From the human T2T-CHM13v2.0 reference genome, Homo sapiens, in NCBI RefSeq assembly GCF_009914755.1, contig NC_060925.1: a stretch of DNA of 64,000 nucleotides; one strand, written 5' to 3'. Positions 13,141 through 26,220 of this stretch are shown here, in pieces. Numbering within the stretch: the stretch's first letter is position 1; each line of letters begins with the position of its first letter. The notes beneath the pieces were generated by a model, which worked only from the letters and a program-made list of their open reading frames with translations, was not told the origin of the DNA and made no database searches. A program made the translations under genes and the position numbers.

Positions 13141-14299
13141 GTGGACTTGAGGTTATAGAATCCAACTAGGAAGGTCAAGGTATCAGTTTTATGTCATGAG
13201 ACAGTTATGCTGCATGGGTCGCTTCTGTTCTTTTGTCCCCTCACCTGGGAACCACTTGATGACTTTAGCCTCAGCAGTTTTCCCCATTCTGGGAAACCTG
13301 AATCTGAAACTAGACACTACATTAAAAGTTAGTACGTCTGACTGACTGAATTTCAGATCTCCTGAACTCTAGGCTATTCAATATTTTTATTTAATTAGAA
13401 TTTCTTTGTGTTCAATCTGTGTTTTCTTTGTTGAATAATGACCTGGTGATCTCTTCAGAAGAGTATAGGGGCTTCCAGTGGCGGACACCTGGAAACCTGT
13501 TCCTAGTCTAAATATTAGTAGTTTGCAGAGCCACTGAAGGGTATGTTGGGCATGATTGGTTTCCCACACTCTGCACTGAGCCTACAGCTTTTGAGATATT
13601 GTGTTAATGTCTAGATCATTTGAAGAAGTGAATTGATAAGAAGGTGAAATGATGCCTCCTGAAAATGCTATTGTAATAATTAAGCGACTTCTTTTTTTTT
13701 TTTTTTTTTTTTTTTTTGTCTCTCCAACGTTTAGGCACGGTTGGCCATGCCTTCCTTCACATTCTCTCTTTTATTGGTTCAGGGATCATACATTTACTTC
13801 TGCAATAGCCACTTATTCTTTATTCACTTCTGTCTGCTACCCACCATATGCGAAGAAATTATTGAATTCAGGGCTTTATGAAAATTACAAAATGATGTTG
13901 AGAATAGCAAAACTCATATCCTCAAATCAGAACTTCATGCCATTTTCTGCTGTCAAGTTAAATTAGGCATAAATTACACAACTAAATGAAATGGGTTTGT
14001 GGCGACGTTCTGGTTTCAACTTTCAGTTCTTTCTCACTGGAAATCTGATAAGAAAATTTATCCTTTTTGACTTAGTTAATAAGTGACATTTGTTCTGGTC
14101 CAGTTTGTGATTATTATTTTTCTATATTTTGATAATTCTTTTTGTTTGTACTTTTTCTATATTGAGTTTTGTTGCCTCTTTGTTTCAATGATTTTATTAC
14201 TATTTCCAGATTATTCTCTAATTCTAGGTTCCAGATTATTCTCTAATTCTAAGTGATCATAAAAAGTTAGAGAACTAAATCTATCTTGGTTGAGTTCCC

Positions 14300-14645
14300 A
14301 CATGAATTCTCTGACACTACTTGGATGTCCCACAATTTTATTTAACTCTGACACTAATAAGCTAGGGTTAGAATAGACAGCACAGGTTGAGGGATTCAGT
14401 ATCACAAGACTTCCCCCACCTTAGATGTCAACTTTCCTAGGTATCCTCAAGGCACCTGAACTTTTCTCAACTGACTATAAATTTAGGGGTTCCCACGATC
14501 CCCTCTTAGGTTTGATAATTCACTAGAATGACTCACAAAACTCAGGAAAGTGCTATACTTTTCATTTCAATATTATTACAAAGGTTGCAACTCAGGAACA
14601 GCCAATAAAAGAGATTTATAGGGCAAGGTATATGGTTGGGGTGGG
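14300..14645. mobile_element. MER21-family LTR fragment
   Basis: actctgacactaa, ggggttcccacgatcccctcttaggtttgataattcactagaatgactcacaaaactcagg match recalled MER21 consensus. Confidence 0.7.
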
Positions 14646-14729
14646 GCCTAGTGATTCCAGGTTTATAGTGCAAGATCTCTGAATCCCTAGTCAATTGACC
14701 TCTAATCAATTGATATTATGGCTTTTTAA

Positions 14730-17570
14730 AGGAAAACTTGTTAAGAGAGTATTGTGGTAATCTAGGTAAGAGATGATGGTGATGCATACTGGGGTGAAAG
14801 AAGTGAAGGTGAAGAGGAGTGTTCATATTCAGGGAAGGTCCAGAGCATTTCCAGACATTGAGTATGAGGGAAAAGGCAGAGTCAAGAGTGACTCCAAAGT
14901 TTCTGGGCTGAGAGGTTAGAAGGATGGAGTTGCCATCAACTACAGTATGAAAAGCTGTGATTGCAGCAGTTTGGGGTCGGTGGAGGGGGTGTTCATCTGG
15001 AGGAAGATCAGAGCTCAGTTTTCAGTATATTGAATCTGAGCAATTAATAACATCCAAATCAAGTAGATACTTACGCCAGTCTGAAAATAGAGGAGAGAGA
15101 TGTCTGGGCTGTAGACGTGCTTTTGAAACTTGATGGAAAGTTAATGTCACTTAAAGCTGGGACACTGAATTAAATCACTGTATTTTTAAATATGCGAAAA
15201 GAATGAAAGTCCAGGGATTTATCCCTGTGGCAGCCCAAGATTGAGAGGTCAAGAAGTAAAGGAAATGCATAGGAGTCTGAAAAGCAGTGACTAGTGGAGT
15301 AGGAGGAAAACCAAGGAAACGTTAATTTCCTTTGAAGTCAGGTGAAGAGAAATGTGCTGTGGAAAGAGTGATCTTCTCTTTTAAATGTTGCTTAATAGGT
15401 CCAGTAAATGAGGACCAGAATTAACCACTTGATGTAAGAATGTAGATGTCATTGGTGACAATTATAAAAGCATGTTTGGTGGAGTGGTTGGGTGATTGGG
15501 GTGACTTTAAAATAGAATGGAGAAAGAAAATTTAGAGACAAGTATTTACAGTTTTGTAAATGAATTTTGTTTGTGGAGCAGTAGTTAATGAAAGGAGTAA
15601 AGGAATATTTTTCTGTTTGCTTATTTTTAAGATGGGAGAGAGAATGTGACATAAGTAGCAGAAGAAATAGGATAATGTAGAAGATCATAGGGAGAATTCC
15701 TACAGCATTGTCTTTGAGTAGGTGACAATGGATGGAATCTCATATATGAGTGAAAGTATTAGCTTCTGCCAGGGGCATAGATGTTCATCAAAGTGGGAAG
15801 GCAAATTCTGGTAGGTAGAAAGAAATAATGGGAATCTCCTGAACTTCTCTTATGATTGCTTTAATTTTTTAGTGAAGTAAGAGTCAAGAGTCTTCAGTTG
15901 AGAATAAAGACAGTGGAGGAGACACTGGGTGTAATAGCCAGGGTTCTCTAAAGGGACAGAACTAATAGGATAGACAAATATATGAAGGGGAGTTTATTAG
16001 GAGAATTGACTCACACAATGAGAAGGTGAAGTCCCACGATAGGCTGTCTGCAAGCTGAGGAGCCAGTAAGCCAGTCCGAGTCCCAAAAATTCAAAAGTAG
16101 GGAAGCCAATAGTGCATCCTTCAGTCTGTGGCCAAAGGCCCAAGAGCAACCTGGCAAATCACTGGTGTAAGTAACAGAGTCCAAAAACTGAAGAGTTTGG
16201 AGTCTGATGTTCAAGGGCAGGAAACATCCAGCATGGGAGAAAGATGCAGGCCAGAAAGCTTAGCCAGTCTAATCCTTCCATGTTCCTCTGCCTGCTTTTA
16301 TCCTAGCCACGCTGACAGCTGATTAGATGGTGTCCACCCAAATTGAGGGTGGGTCTGCCTCTCCCAGTCCGCTGACTCAAATATTAATCTTTTTTTGCAT
16401 TACCCTCACAGACACACCCAGGAACAACACTTTGTAACCTTCAATTCAGTCAAGTTGACACCTAATATTAACCATCACACTGGGGTTTCCCTAAAAAAAG
16501 AGAAATTGTGAAGTAGTCATCTTAAGGAGTGGATGAATAAATGAACTAGGAATATATAGTACAATTGGGGTGTGTAAATTTATAATAATGATGTGATATG
16601 ATATATAGGATAATATATAATATAAGGTAAAATATATCTTATGATTTCCTGGCAGCATTAAGTTAAGGACCCACTTGGAATTAATGAACTATTGGTGAGA
16701 TTCATCACAGTGGTTGTGTATTTTTTTCCAGCTATGTTCAACTGCATCAGTACAGAAGTGGAATAGGGAGAGAATTGACTTTAACCAGGATTGTGGTTTT
16801 GTTAGGGGAATACAGCAAAGCAAATGAGAAGGAGAGTAGTCTAGGGGATTTACAAAGGACTAGGAAATTTAAAGTGAGTAAGAAGGGAAATGACGACATT
16901 AGAGGTGATAGTAATTGAAAGCTGTCAGATCATCATAATGAGAGATAATTTTGGGGTTGGGATCTAAAGAAATGAACTAGAGAGACTGGATATGGTCAGA
17001 AGAGTGTGGAGCATAAAACTGTAATTGCAAAGAGATTTTATTACTGGTGATGATAGGGTCTTAGGAGTGACCATAAGAGAGCGTTAGGGAGGAGTATAAG
17101 AAGAATAAGATCAATGGAAGAGAGAAATCCAAAGCTCTGAAAGATCAAGTTATTAGAGAGGTCATTTACATAATCACCGAAAAGAAAGGCAGAATAAGTA
17201 CTGGAGTGAGTGAGTGTGAGCCAGGAACTAAAACTGCTTAGAATTGAGGAGAAGTGACCCAATTGTGAGGCTGAAGGGGAGGTCATTAGATGACAGCAAT
17301 AATGAAGAGTAGGGTGAGACAGTCTGCTAAGATTGAGAGCTGGAAATTTTTTCTTTCCAGAAGAGAGAAGGAGAATGGTCTGAAAGCAGAAAAAAAAAAA
17401 AAAAAAAAAAAAAGCGCGGGGATGACTTACCCATGTATTGACCCAGTAGAACAAGAGTTGTGGGAAAATAACACTGGGACTATTTGAGAGGGCCACGGGG
17501 AAAACAATGTCCCCCAGGGAAGAGCCAAATTCTAGTTAGAGCAAGAACATGAAGAGAATGATCAGAGAAC
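14730..17570 (-). mobile_element. L2 LINE relic, interrupted by MLT2A LTR
   Basis: Purine-rich L2 motifs (ctaggtaagagatgatggtg, gagtcaagagtgactccaaagtttctgg, gtcattggtgac). Confidence 0.7.
15930..16479 (-). mobile_element. ERVL solo LTR, MLT2A2-like
   Basis: TG...CA termini (tgtaatagccagggttctct / taaccatcaca), 550 bp, perfect 5-bp TSD CTGGG at 15925-15929 and 16480-16484. Confidence 0.9.
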
Positions 17571-20519
17571 AAGTTCTGATTACTAATTGGTCTTCCTAGT
17601 GCCCTTCCTTATATTATCCGAGTGAAAAGGCCAGCATAATCTAGACATTTACAAGGCTATCATCCAAAAAATTGGATATTTCATCTGCTATTTTGTTTGT
17701 ATCCATAATACAAGATGCAAAAGAATATTTATCCTTGGGACATTTTCTTCTTTCACATTCTGGCTGAAATGGGCCGTGGAAATGCTGTTTATTTAGCTAA
17801 GATTTTGATTGTGCAAATGATCTTTAACTACTTAATTGGCTTCAATAGATCAAAAGCAGAAAAAGCAATCTGCATACTGGGCTGTGACTTTATAGGCTTG
17901 TATATTTGGAAGGTGTTGGTAGGATAGAAAACTAAGGCTTGTAGATTACTTATTTTACCAAGGCCAGAAATAGAAATTGTGAAGGAGTAATAATCTTATA
18001 AACCTAGAAACTTCCCAAGCTGTTGAAAATAGTTTACAAACATACAAAGCAAAAGGAAAGACTAGCCTTGTAAATTGTGGTTATTTGTTTATCTTTGTTA
18101 ATTTCCTTTATGACATTAAATGGCTTTCATTTTGCTAGCCAGTATTTAAAGTTTTAGCTTTCTTCCAATTGATATGCCATGGGCAATAAATTATGCACAG
18201 CCCTGCTAAAAACAAACTAGTTTTTTAAAAAAGCAATGATTACCCAAGACCAGAATTACAGTCAACATTTAAATGGATAATATTGGCCTACAACTCTTTG
18301 TCTGCCTCTTTTACTGCTAAAATTGCAACTGGTATTTACAAACTGCAAAACATGCCCTGAATTGTTGGCTCCAATGTGCCAAGAACTTTGAGAAAAGAAC
18401 CATGCTAGAATAAGCCATACTACTCTCCTACCTTTTCCCATTCCCTGTGGTCCAAGCTTCTGATTGCTCTATGCATGACTTCTCTCATCCTACCTCAACG
18501 TGAACACGTCAGTCTTTCATCTGTCCTCTAATTGGAATATGCCTAACTCCAGTTTGCTAATTCAATGCCATGATAATTTTCTCCCACCTCTTTCTTTCTA
18601 TTTTCATTCTTAATTTTGTTGGGAAGTCATAAGTAAGGAGTGTGAAAATAAAATTGGGGTGAATTATAATGTGAAAATTGCCTTTGGATACTGGATAGCA
18701 CTGGCAATTTTGCATTCTGCTCATTTTTATGCCCTTAGATAGAGCTTTGTGGCAGATAACACCTTTAAAATCCTGCACTTACTCATCTAAAATAGGACCT
18801 GCTGGTTGTGGTCTGCACATCCTCCTGTTTCAGGGTACTTTTACCATTGTAATTAGCCTACAGTTGAGTAGTTTAAAATGAGGTTCTTGGCCTTTTAGCT
18901 ATTTGTCAGATAAATGTATATATCTTTTTTGCTCATCTTTATCTATCAGGTATGAATACATACAAGAATACATGGTATTCTTGATATTAAAGAGTTGAGA
19001 GGGCTTGTATCAATTTGGAAATATTCATAGTGAAATACTGTGATGACAGTAGCCCACAAAAAAAATGAGACCTCATAAAAAGAATTACACATTTTCTCAT
19101 TTTCTCTTTCTTGCATTGGCAAGGGAATTGAGGAAGCTTTATATTTACAGGGGGATGTCTTTGCCTTTATGAACCCCAGAAAAAGGTTCCTTTTGTCAGC
19201 TGAGCTTGAAATATTACAGCATTTGCCCTCATGTTTCCAGTGGGAATTGTGAAGTAGTAAAGAATTTTGGAAGTATTTTAATCTCCATGAAACAAACAAT
19301 CCTGTGTGTCTTCATTACATTATCCTGACATCACATGAAAACTCCAATAATTAATATAGGAGTTATGGTGACATATTACAGGATAATCAAAATTTTAGTT
19401 GTCCTGAGATTGAATAACAATAACTACACACTAAAACTACATTTGAGGTCAGCTACAAAAGCTCACTTCAGAACAAGCCTAACATGGAAACTCTAAATAT
19501 AAAATCATGAACTACCTAACCTCTAGCAGGGTGTGAAACCCAACTTGGGAGACCTTTTGATGGAAAACTTCAAATAAACAGAATGCTCAGAGAACAAGAA
19601 TATTCCAATCAATGAGGCAGTCTTCACTATCATTTCAAACATACCATACCATAGTGACCTTTTTTCTTTGAATTCAGTGTCCATAATAGAATTGTGGTAA
19701 TTAACTGTGGTCAGCGTCTCGAGGTCATCATTATAAACATCACTCTTGACTGGAGATACATTGCTGATGAGGTTAGGACAGCTCTGTATAGCCCAATAGT
19801 ATATATAAACATTGTAGAAAATTGCACTATGTCTCCATTCCTAGCTCCCTCCCTTCCTTCCTTTTTAAAGAGATCTTTGCTATCTACTTATTTTCTCAAT
19901 ATCTTCATCAAGTACATGAGCAATGAAATTTCTATTTATAATTAATCCGGGTTTTCATGTACATTTCTATAACGATTTTCTTTTAGATAAAAAGATAGCA
20001 GATTTAATTTTAGATGGAAACTCAAAGGGAAGATGAATATAACTTTGTTAATGTCACTTTATGTGGCTTCTTCCCATATAGGGAAGTCAGTAGTGACATT
20101 ACAAAACTTTAGTTAACCTCTTCAGTTCTCCAAAGTTAAGGGATAGAGAGCTACAAAGTACATAAATAAGCTTAACATTTTGACTATGCCATACTATTTT
20201 CCATTTATTTTTATTTGAAGATTTAATTCACCATCTTGTACAATATTTTTGATCACAGACCAAAATTTAGCAGGTGTAAGAAAAATGATGGAACCATCTG
20301 ACTTCATAGAGAATAATTTTTAAATTATCAAATAATTCATTCCTCTCCTTCTAGATATCTACTTTTATGCTAGGTACTATGAGAATTATTCAAGAAATAT
20401 AGTTGTGGTCTTTACTCCGAAGTGCATCTGTTGAGATGTAACATGTACACATAAAACAGATGATCTATAGGTACAGATGCCAAAAGTGTCAAAAGTAATC
20501 GTGTATATCAAATTTTTTT

Positions 20520-20665
20520 AAAACTGTAATGAGTCACCAGGGACTCTTGTTAAAAATGCAATGATTTGATTCTGTAGGTCAGGGATAGGGCCTGAGATTC
20601 TGCATTTCTAACAAGTTTTCAGGTAAAACGATGCTAGCCAATGGACCGCACTTTGAAATGGAAGA
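20520..20665. mobile_element. MER5A hAT-Charlie relic
   Basis: tcaccagggactcttgttaaaaatgca...gggcctgagattctgcatttctaacaag...ggaccgcactttga. Confidence 0.75.
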
Positions 20666-20673
20666 ATATAGAC

Positions 20674-20999
20674 CAGTGTTTTTCAATAGAAATATAATTT
20701 GAGCCAGAAATCTGAGCCACATATGGAATTTCAAATTTTCTAATGGTCATATTTTAAAAAGTAAAAAGAAAAAGGTAAAATTAATTTAAGAACTATTTTG
20801 GTTTAACCAAATATGGAAAAATATGATCATTTAACATATAATCAAAATTAAAATATCGATATATTTTACTTCTTTTTTTCATTTTAAGTCTTCAAAATCC
20901 AGCGTATGTTTTGCAGTTACAGAACATCTCAATTCAGACTAGCCACAGCTCGTGTTCAATAGCCACATGTGTCTAGTGGCTCTGGACTGGACAGAACAG
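20674..20999. mobile_element. MER33 hAT-Charlie relic
   Basis: cagtgtttttcaatagaaatataat...ctagccacagctcgtgttcaatagccacatgtgtctagtggct...tggacagaacag. Confidence 0.75.
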
Positions 21000-21579
21000 A
21001 CATAGATAACATGAGCCATGGAACTGCAGATAGAAAAAGGAAAATCAGAGTCAATAGAAGAGGAAACTGCAGGGAGCCTGACATTGAAGGCTACATAACA
21101 TTTGCAAAGGAGGGGCTGGAATTGACGGTAGAACAACTTCAAATGAGAAAGCATCTGTTGGGTTTTGCTTATTTGGAAATTTAGTAATAACCAGACTTCA
21201 AAACTGTGAAGAGAAGTGAACAGGATTTACATTCTAGCCAGAACCCCACTAGAACCAGATAAATTCTTACCCTGCTCCTGCCTGGAACTGTAGATAAAAA
21301 GAGTGGCATCCAATTTGTTGCCATATGAGGTATGGCAGCAATTTGTGATGTTGACCTTTAATATGCAAATAGGAGGCCCACCTAGCTTTGGACAGACAGA
21401 CTCACCAACGCCCAAAGATGTCACTGAAGTCTTCTTGATATTACATGAAGCTATTCAGGTCGCTGCCAAATCTATCAAATTCCCTTGCCATTTTTAGAGT
21501 GTATATTTTTAGAAATAAATAGATCAGAAGAGAAATTGATGGATTCTTGGCTCTTTCTATCGATTAAGGTAATGTCATT

Positions 21580-21710
21580 TAAATTGAAGGTTCTCGTGAG
21601 AATTAGAGGTCATGTATGTAAGGAGCAAAGGGCCTGGCACATAACATATGACCAGTAGGTGACTGCTGCTATGACTGTAATAATTCTTATCAGTATCATT
21701 ATCATTATGT
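21580..21710 (+). mobile_element. MIR fragment
   Basis: gttctcgtgagaattagagg...gcctggcacataa. Confidence 0.5.
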
Positions 21711-24234
21711 TACCATCCTTTAAACCCCACCTCCACTGAATGGCACATTGCCTGGGTGGAAGAAATATACTCAAAGGGATAGTCAAGTACTACAGCCTTA
21801 TCAGCAGCAGGCAAAGCTTTCTCTCTCTCACCCTCTCTCTCATTTGCTAAGTTATTGAAAATGAACCCTGTATTCTGATTACTCTCCAGCATGAAGATTC
21901 TTAGTTCTTTTTCCTCCCCTATAAGTTGTTCCTGGGCTCAGAGGTAGGCAAGCTGATCCATTGACAGACATTCTCACAGGGGTTACCATACAAGGGCAAT
22001 CACTTCAAGATGAATATGCTATTAATAACAGTTTTAGATTTATGGTTACTGAGCTTCTCACCAACTGTTGATTGCTACTAAGAATGTGTTATTTAAGAGA
22101 GGGAATCATTGCTAAAGATCTGCGTAGAATATTTCATAGTCCTCTTTTCTTAAAGAATATTTGTCTTATTATAACCACAATGATGCTGGTGTGAGTCAGT
22201 TTAATGAATTTCTCCCTTTTTTAACCAAAGCCTGGAATAAGTTTCTTACCTGACTATTTTCTCCTCATCTGCAGCTGGTGTGTCTTATTTTCAGATCTCC
22301 AGAACTAATGATCCTACCTTTCCAGCTTATGTTCAGCGTGACTTACTGTTAGTATTGTCATGAGTCATTGAAGAGAAATTCAAGTTACCTATTAAATCAG
22401 AGGACTGTTTGGGGGAAAATAGGAATTTTATACCTCATTGAAGAGCTGAGTTACAAAAATATCACTTTATGTTTACTCCATTGAACTGCCTTAGGAAATG
22501 TCACGAGGGCACAAGAATTGGGCAATTCACAGCTTTCACACAGGATGAAATTCCTTTCTTCAGCATTATTTCTATACTGTTTCAAGCAAGCAACCAAATG
22601 TCAACTGCTGTCACCATCTCTATGGAATGTTTTAATTAACCTCTTTATTGGTAAACGATCAGTCTTTCACCCACCTTCCTGGGAAGTGTTTCTCTAATAA
22701 GTGATGAAATTGACCATTTTGTTCATCCAGCTGTCAGAGAAGCGTGCTCTGCACAGAGCCGGGTTGATTCCATACGGGTGTGGTACAGAGCTCATCAGCA
22801 GGCTATGAGACGTCATCCTCTTTATTTTTGTTGAGAAGCTTGCCCACCTGCTTCCAGATTTCCTGCTGACATGCCTTCCTATCCAGGTGCCAAATTTTTA
22901 TTATTGTTCTAAGTCATATTTGAATAACACAGCCATCTTAGCTGACAGTGAAGATATTTTGTATGTAAGCAACCTGTTTGTGTTTTCTGTTTTCTTGTGT
23001 TTCCATATTAGATTATATATTTAGAACTATCAGAAACAATGTGGGTTGAGGACATCTTTAAGTGAAGAAGACAACAAGGAAGAACTTCATTTTTTCCCAG
23101 TTTCTTTTCAAATAACAGAAACTATGACTTTATTAGGTATGACTCTTTCAGACACTGTGGGGAATAGAAAAAGATCATAAGAGATAGCCCTGGCTGTAGG
23201 GAGTGATGGGACTGGTCAATAATTGTTGAGCATTTACTGTTTGCAGAACATTGTGAAAAAGAATAAAGAAGTAAAACACAAGGCATATACAAAGATCGTT
23301 TATAATTAAAATGATAAAACTCTATGTGACTACCTGTTAAATGAATGACACAAGTGATTAGAGATGTGGTTATTAAGAGTGAGGAGAAAACATTGTAGGA
23401 TGGAATATGACCCAAGAAGCTATACTCGGAATAATCTTTCTAAAATGTCAATGTGACAATGGTCAGACCACCACAACCACATTAACAATCTCTTCAGTGA
23501 CTCTACTTTTCAAGGCCCTACTTCTGCACGCTCATCTGTTGGCCTCTCTCTCTGGAACTAAATTCTCCAGTTGCACTGAAAATTAACCCATTTTAAAGTT
23601 CTACTTGATGTGCTCACAGCATTTGTTATGTTATTCTTTCTACTCAGAGCATTAACAATTTGTCTCTTGCCTGGCTAGTTCTTACTATTTCTAAGAATTT
23701 TTCTGAGACATTCCCTTTGCCCAATATCTGGGTTAGGTATATCCCTGGCTTCTTGTATTATCCTTATTGTAACTGCTATAGTTCCTCATTGTTCTCCCTC
23801 ACCCTGAGACTCAAGACTCTGTGAGGGATGAGGACTTCATTTTGGCAGTTTGTGTCCAGGGCAGTCTTGAGGTCTAGTGGAGCCACACTTTCAAGATTCT
23901 ATGGGATTCTCACAGCTGGAAAAGGAACAATTGGAGCAAGGCTGGAGGGCAATGACATTTCCCCAGCATCCTCCCTGGCCCTGCCATAAGGACCCTGAAG
24001 CATTCCTTCTTTGTATTTTCATGTGAACTCTGTATTTTAATACCTACTTTACAAAAGAAAAGACTGGTTAAAGATAAAAATGTGTAAATGTCTAACTTGA
24101 AATGATATAGAGGGTTAGTTAGGAAGCCAGAATTGAAATCCAGGTCTGTTTGGTCCTATGTGGTCATTTGGGAAAATGTTTATTTATATATTTAAAACAA
24201 TTTAATAATACCGATAGTCATAATAATCTCTAAA

Positions 24235-24650
24235 CTTTAAGTTGGTATATTGTTAAGCACTTTGCATGGATTAACTATTAATTTGCTCATGAATACTATA
24301 AAAAAAGCTACCATAATTATGCTTGTCTCACAGATAAGGAAACTGAGCAGAGAATTTGGCCCAAAGCCACCCAGCTGGGAAGGGGAGTCCAGGTACATAA
24401 ATCCTGCCAACCTGAAGTGAGGGCTTGGGATCCAGAGATGGATCAATTGCTTGGACTCTCAGGTCACCTGCTGGAATTCCAGTCCACTGTTCATGATTTG
24501 TATAATTTGGGTAGGTTCCTTCACTTCTCTGAGAGCCGGTGTCCCCAGTTGTGGTTTTTAGAATTAAATATAAAATTCTTAGCACAGACGCTGGCATAGA
24601 GTAAGTGCACAATAAATGTTAGTCATTAATGTTTTTCTTAGTTATTACTA
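24235..24650. mobile_element. Two MIR fragments in opposite orientation
   Basis: Minus copy ~24235-24390 (taagcactttgcatggattaact, cagataaggaaactgag); plus copy ~24440-24650 (ctggcatagagtaagtgcacaataaatgttag). Confidence 0.6.
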
Positions 24651-25452
24651 TTGTTAAAAGATCTCATTTTCACCAAACATCAACTTTTTGTTGTCTCTTT
24701 GGTATCGCACAGTACCTCTTCTTGGTGGCTTTATTATTTGATACAATTTTCACTTAAATTTGATGAAAAATGTTCCAAGGAAATGGGACTTGCAACAATC
24801 ATTATTCAATTTTGTGGTGAATTACATTTCAAGTAAAATTTCAGAGGCCATGAATTTTGGCCATAGAGATAGTTGGAGGGAAATGTGTCTTTTTAAATTA
24901 GAGAATGTATTAACAGGTCTACATGAAGCCTTAGAGAAAAATCTGGACAGCAGCTGCAGTGGAAGAAGCTGAGTGAGGGCCTGTGTCTTGCTCCCTACAA
25001 TTGAATTTTTGCATACGTGTTGGTGGAATTATTCAGCTAGCTTCATCATCTTGTCTGTGGCAATTTGGGCATTGGACTCCCCTAATTTTTTTATTTGACT
25101 TAATAAGATGTGTTTTGGAATTTTCTGTTTGGTCTTAGAGCTGTGTGTACCACGTCAATACAAACCAGGTAAAGCAGAAAAATCTCAGTTCAAAATAAAC
25201 TTTTATTGAGTATAAAGATCTATAAGGGGCTGTCATAGTTTCAAGTGAATTTTACATTTGTTTTAATATAGGACATTATAATTTATTACCATATTAACTG
25301 GTGAAACTCTTGAATTTGTATAAAGAAAAGAATATAGGACTGAGACCTGTGAGACTTTCCTCTTGTTTCTGATACTGCACAGCACTGTAAATACCATCAC
25401 CTTTCTGGGTCTCAGTTTTCTTGTGTATAAGATGAGTGATATGGACTAGATT

Positions 25453-25643
25453 AGGGGTCAGCAAACTACAGCCTATGCATCAAATCCAACCTACTACCAG
25501 TTTCATAAACATGGCAACACAGCTGCTCTCATTTGTTTATGTACCATCTATGGCTCCTTTCACCTACAACAGCAAAGTTGTAATGCAAAGCCTGAAATAT
25601 TTATGATCTGCTTCTTCACAGAAAGAAAAGTTTGCTCAGCCCT
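25453..25643. mobile_element. MER58 hAT-Charlie relic within MIR-derived sequence
   Basis: ggggtcagcaaactacagcc...gcaaagcctgaaatattta...aagtttgctcagccct terminal inverted repeats. Confidence 0.75.
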
Positions 25644-25689
25644 AAACTTGATGTTCTCTAAGATAATTTCTAGCTCTAAGTTATAAACA

Positions 25690-25890
25690 TAGCTCCCCAT
25701 TTACTGGATGAGTGACCTTGGCCAAATCACTTAACCTCTCTCAGTTTCTTCATCTGTTAAGACAGGAAGGATAACAATAAGAATTTTAAAAAAACTGCAC
25801 CATAGCCTTGTTGAGTAGACTAAAATAATCCATGTAAAAAGCATAGAACAGTCCAAGTACATTATAGAGACACACCAAAATTTAGCTATC
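25690..25890 (+). mobile_element. MIR
   Basis: gagtgaccttggccaaatcacttaacctctctcagtttcttcatctgt. Confidence 0.75.
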
Positions 25891-25938
25891 ATCATCAATA
25901 ATGGTAGCATCATTTTCTGTTTTATTAAAAAATAACAA

Positions 25939-26220
25939 GGCTGGGCACAGTGACTCATGCCAATAATCCCAGCATTTGGGGAGGCCAAAGTAGGAAGATT
26001 GCTTGATCCCAGGAGTTTCCAACCAGCCTGGGCAACATAGCAAGATCCCGTCTCTAAAAAAAAAAAAAAAAAATAGCCAGGCATGGTGGCTCATGCCTGT
26101 GGTTTCCACTACTTAGAAGGCTGGTAGGTTGAAGCTGAAGTGTGCCATAGTCACACCACTGCATTCCAGCCTGGGTGACACAGCAGGATCCTTTCTATTG
26201 CAGAAACCAAAACCAAAAAA
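25939..26220 (+). mobile_element. AluJ-like
   Basis: ggctgggcacagtgactcatgcc...gattgcttgatcccaggagtt...cctgggcaacatagcaaga; expanded middle A-tract. Confidence 0.92.
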
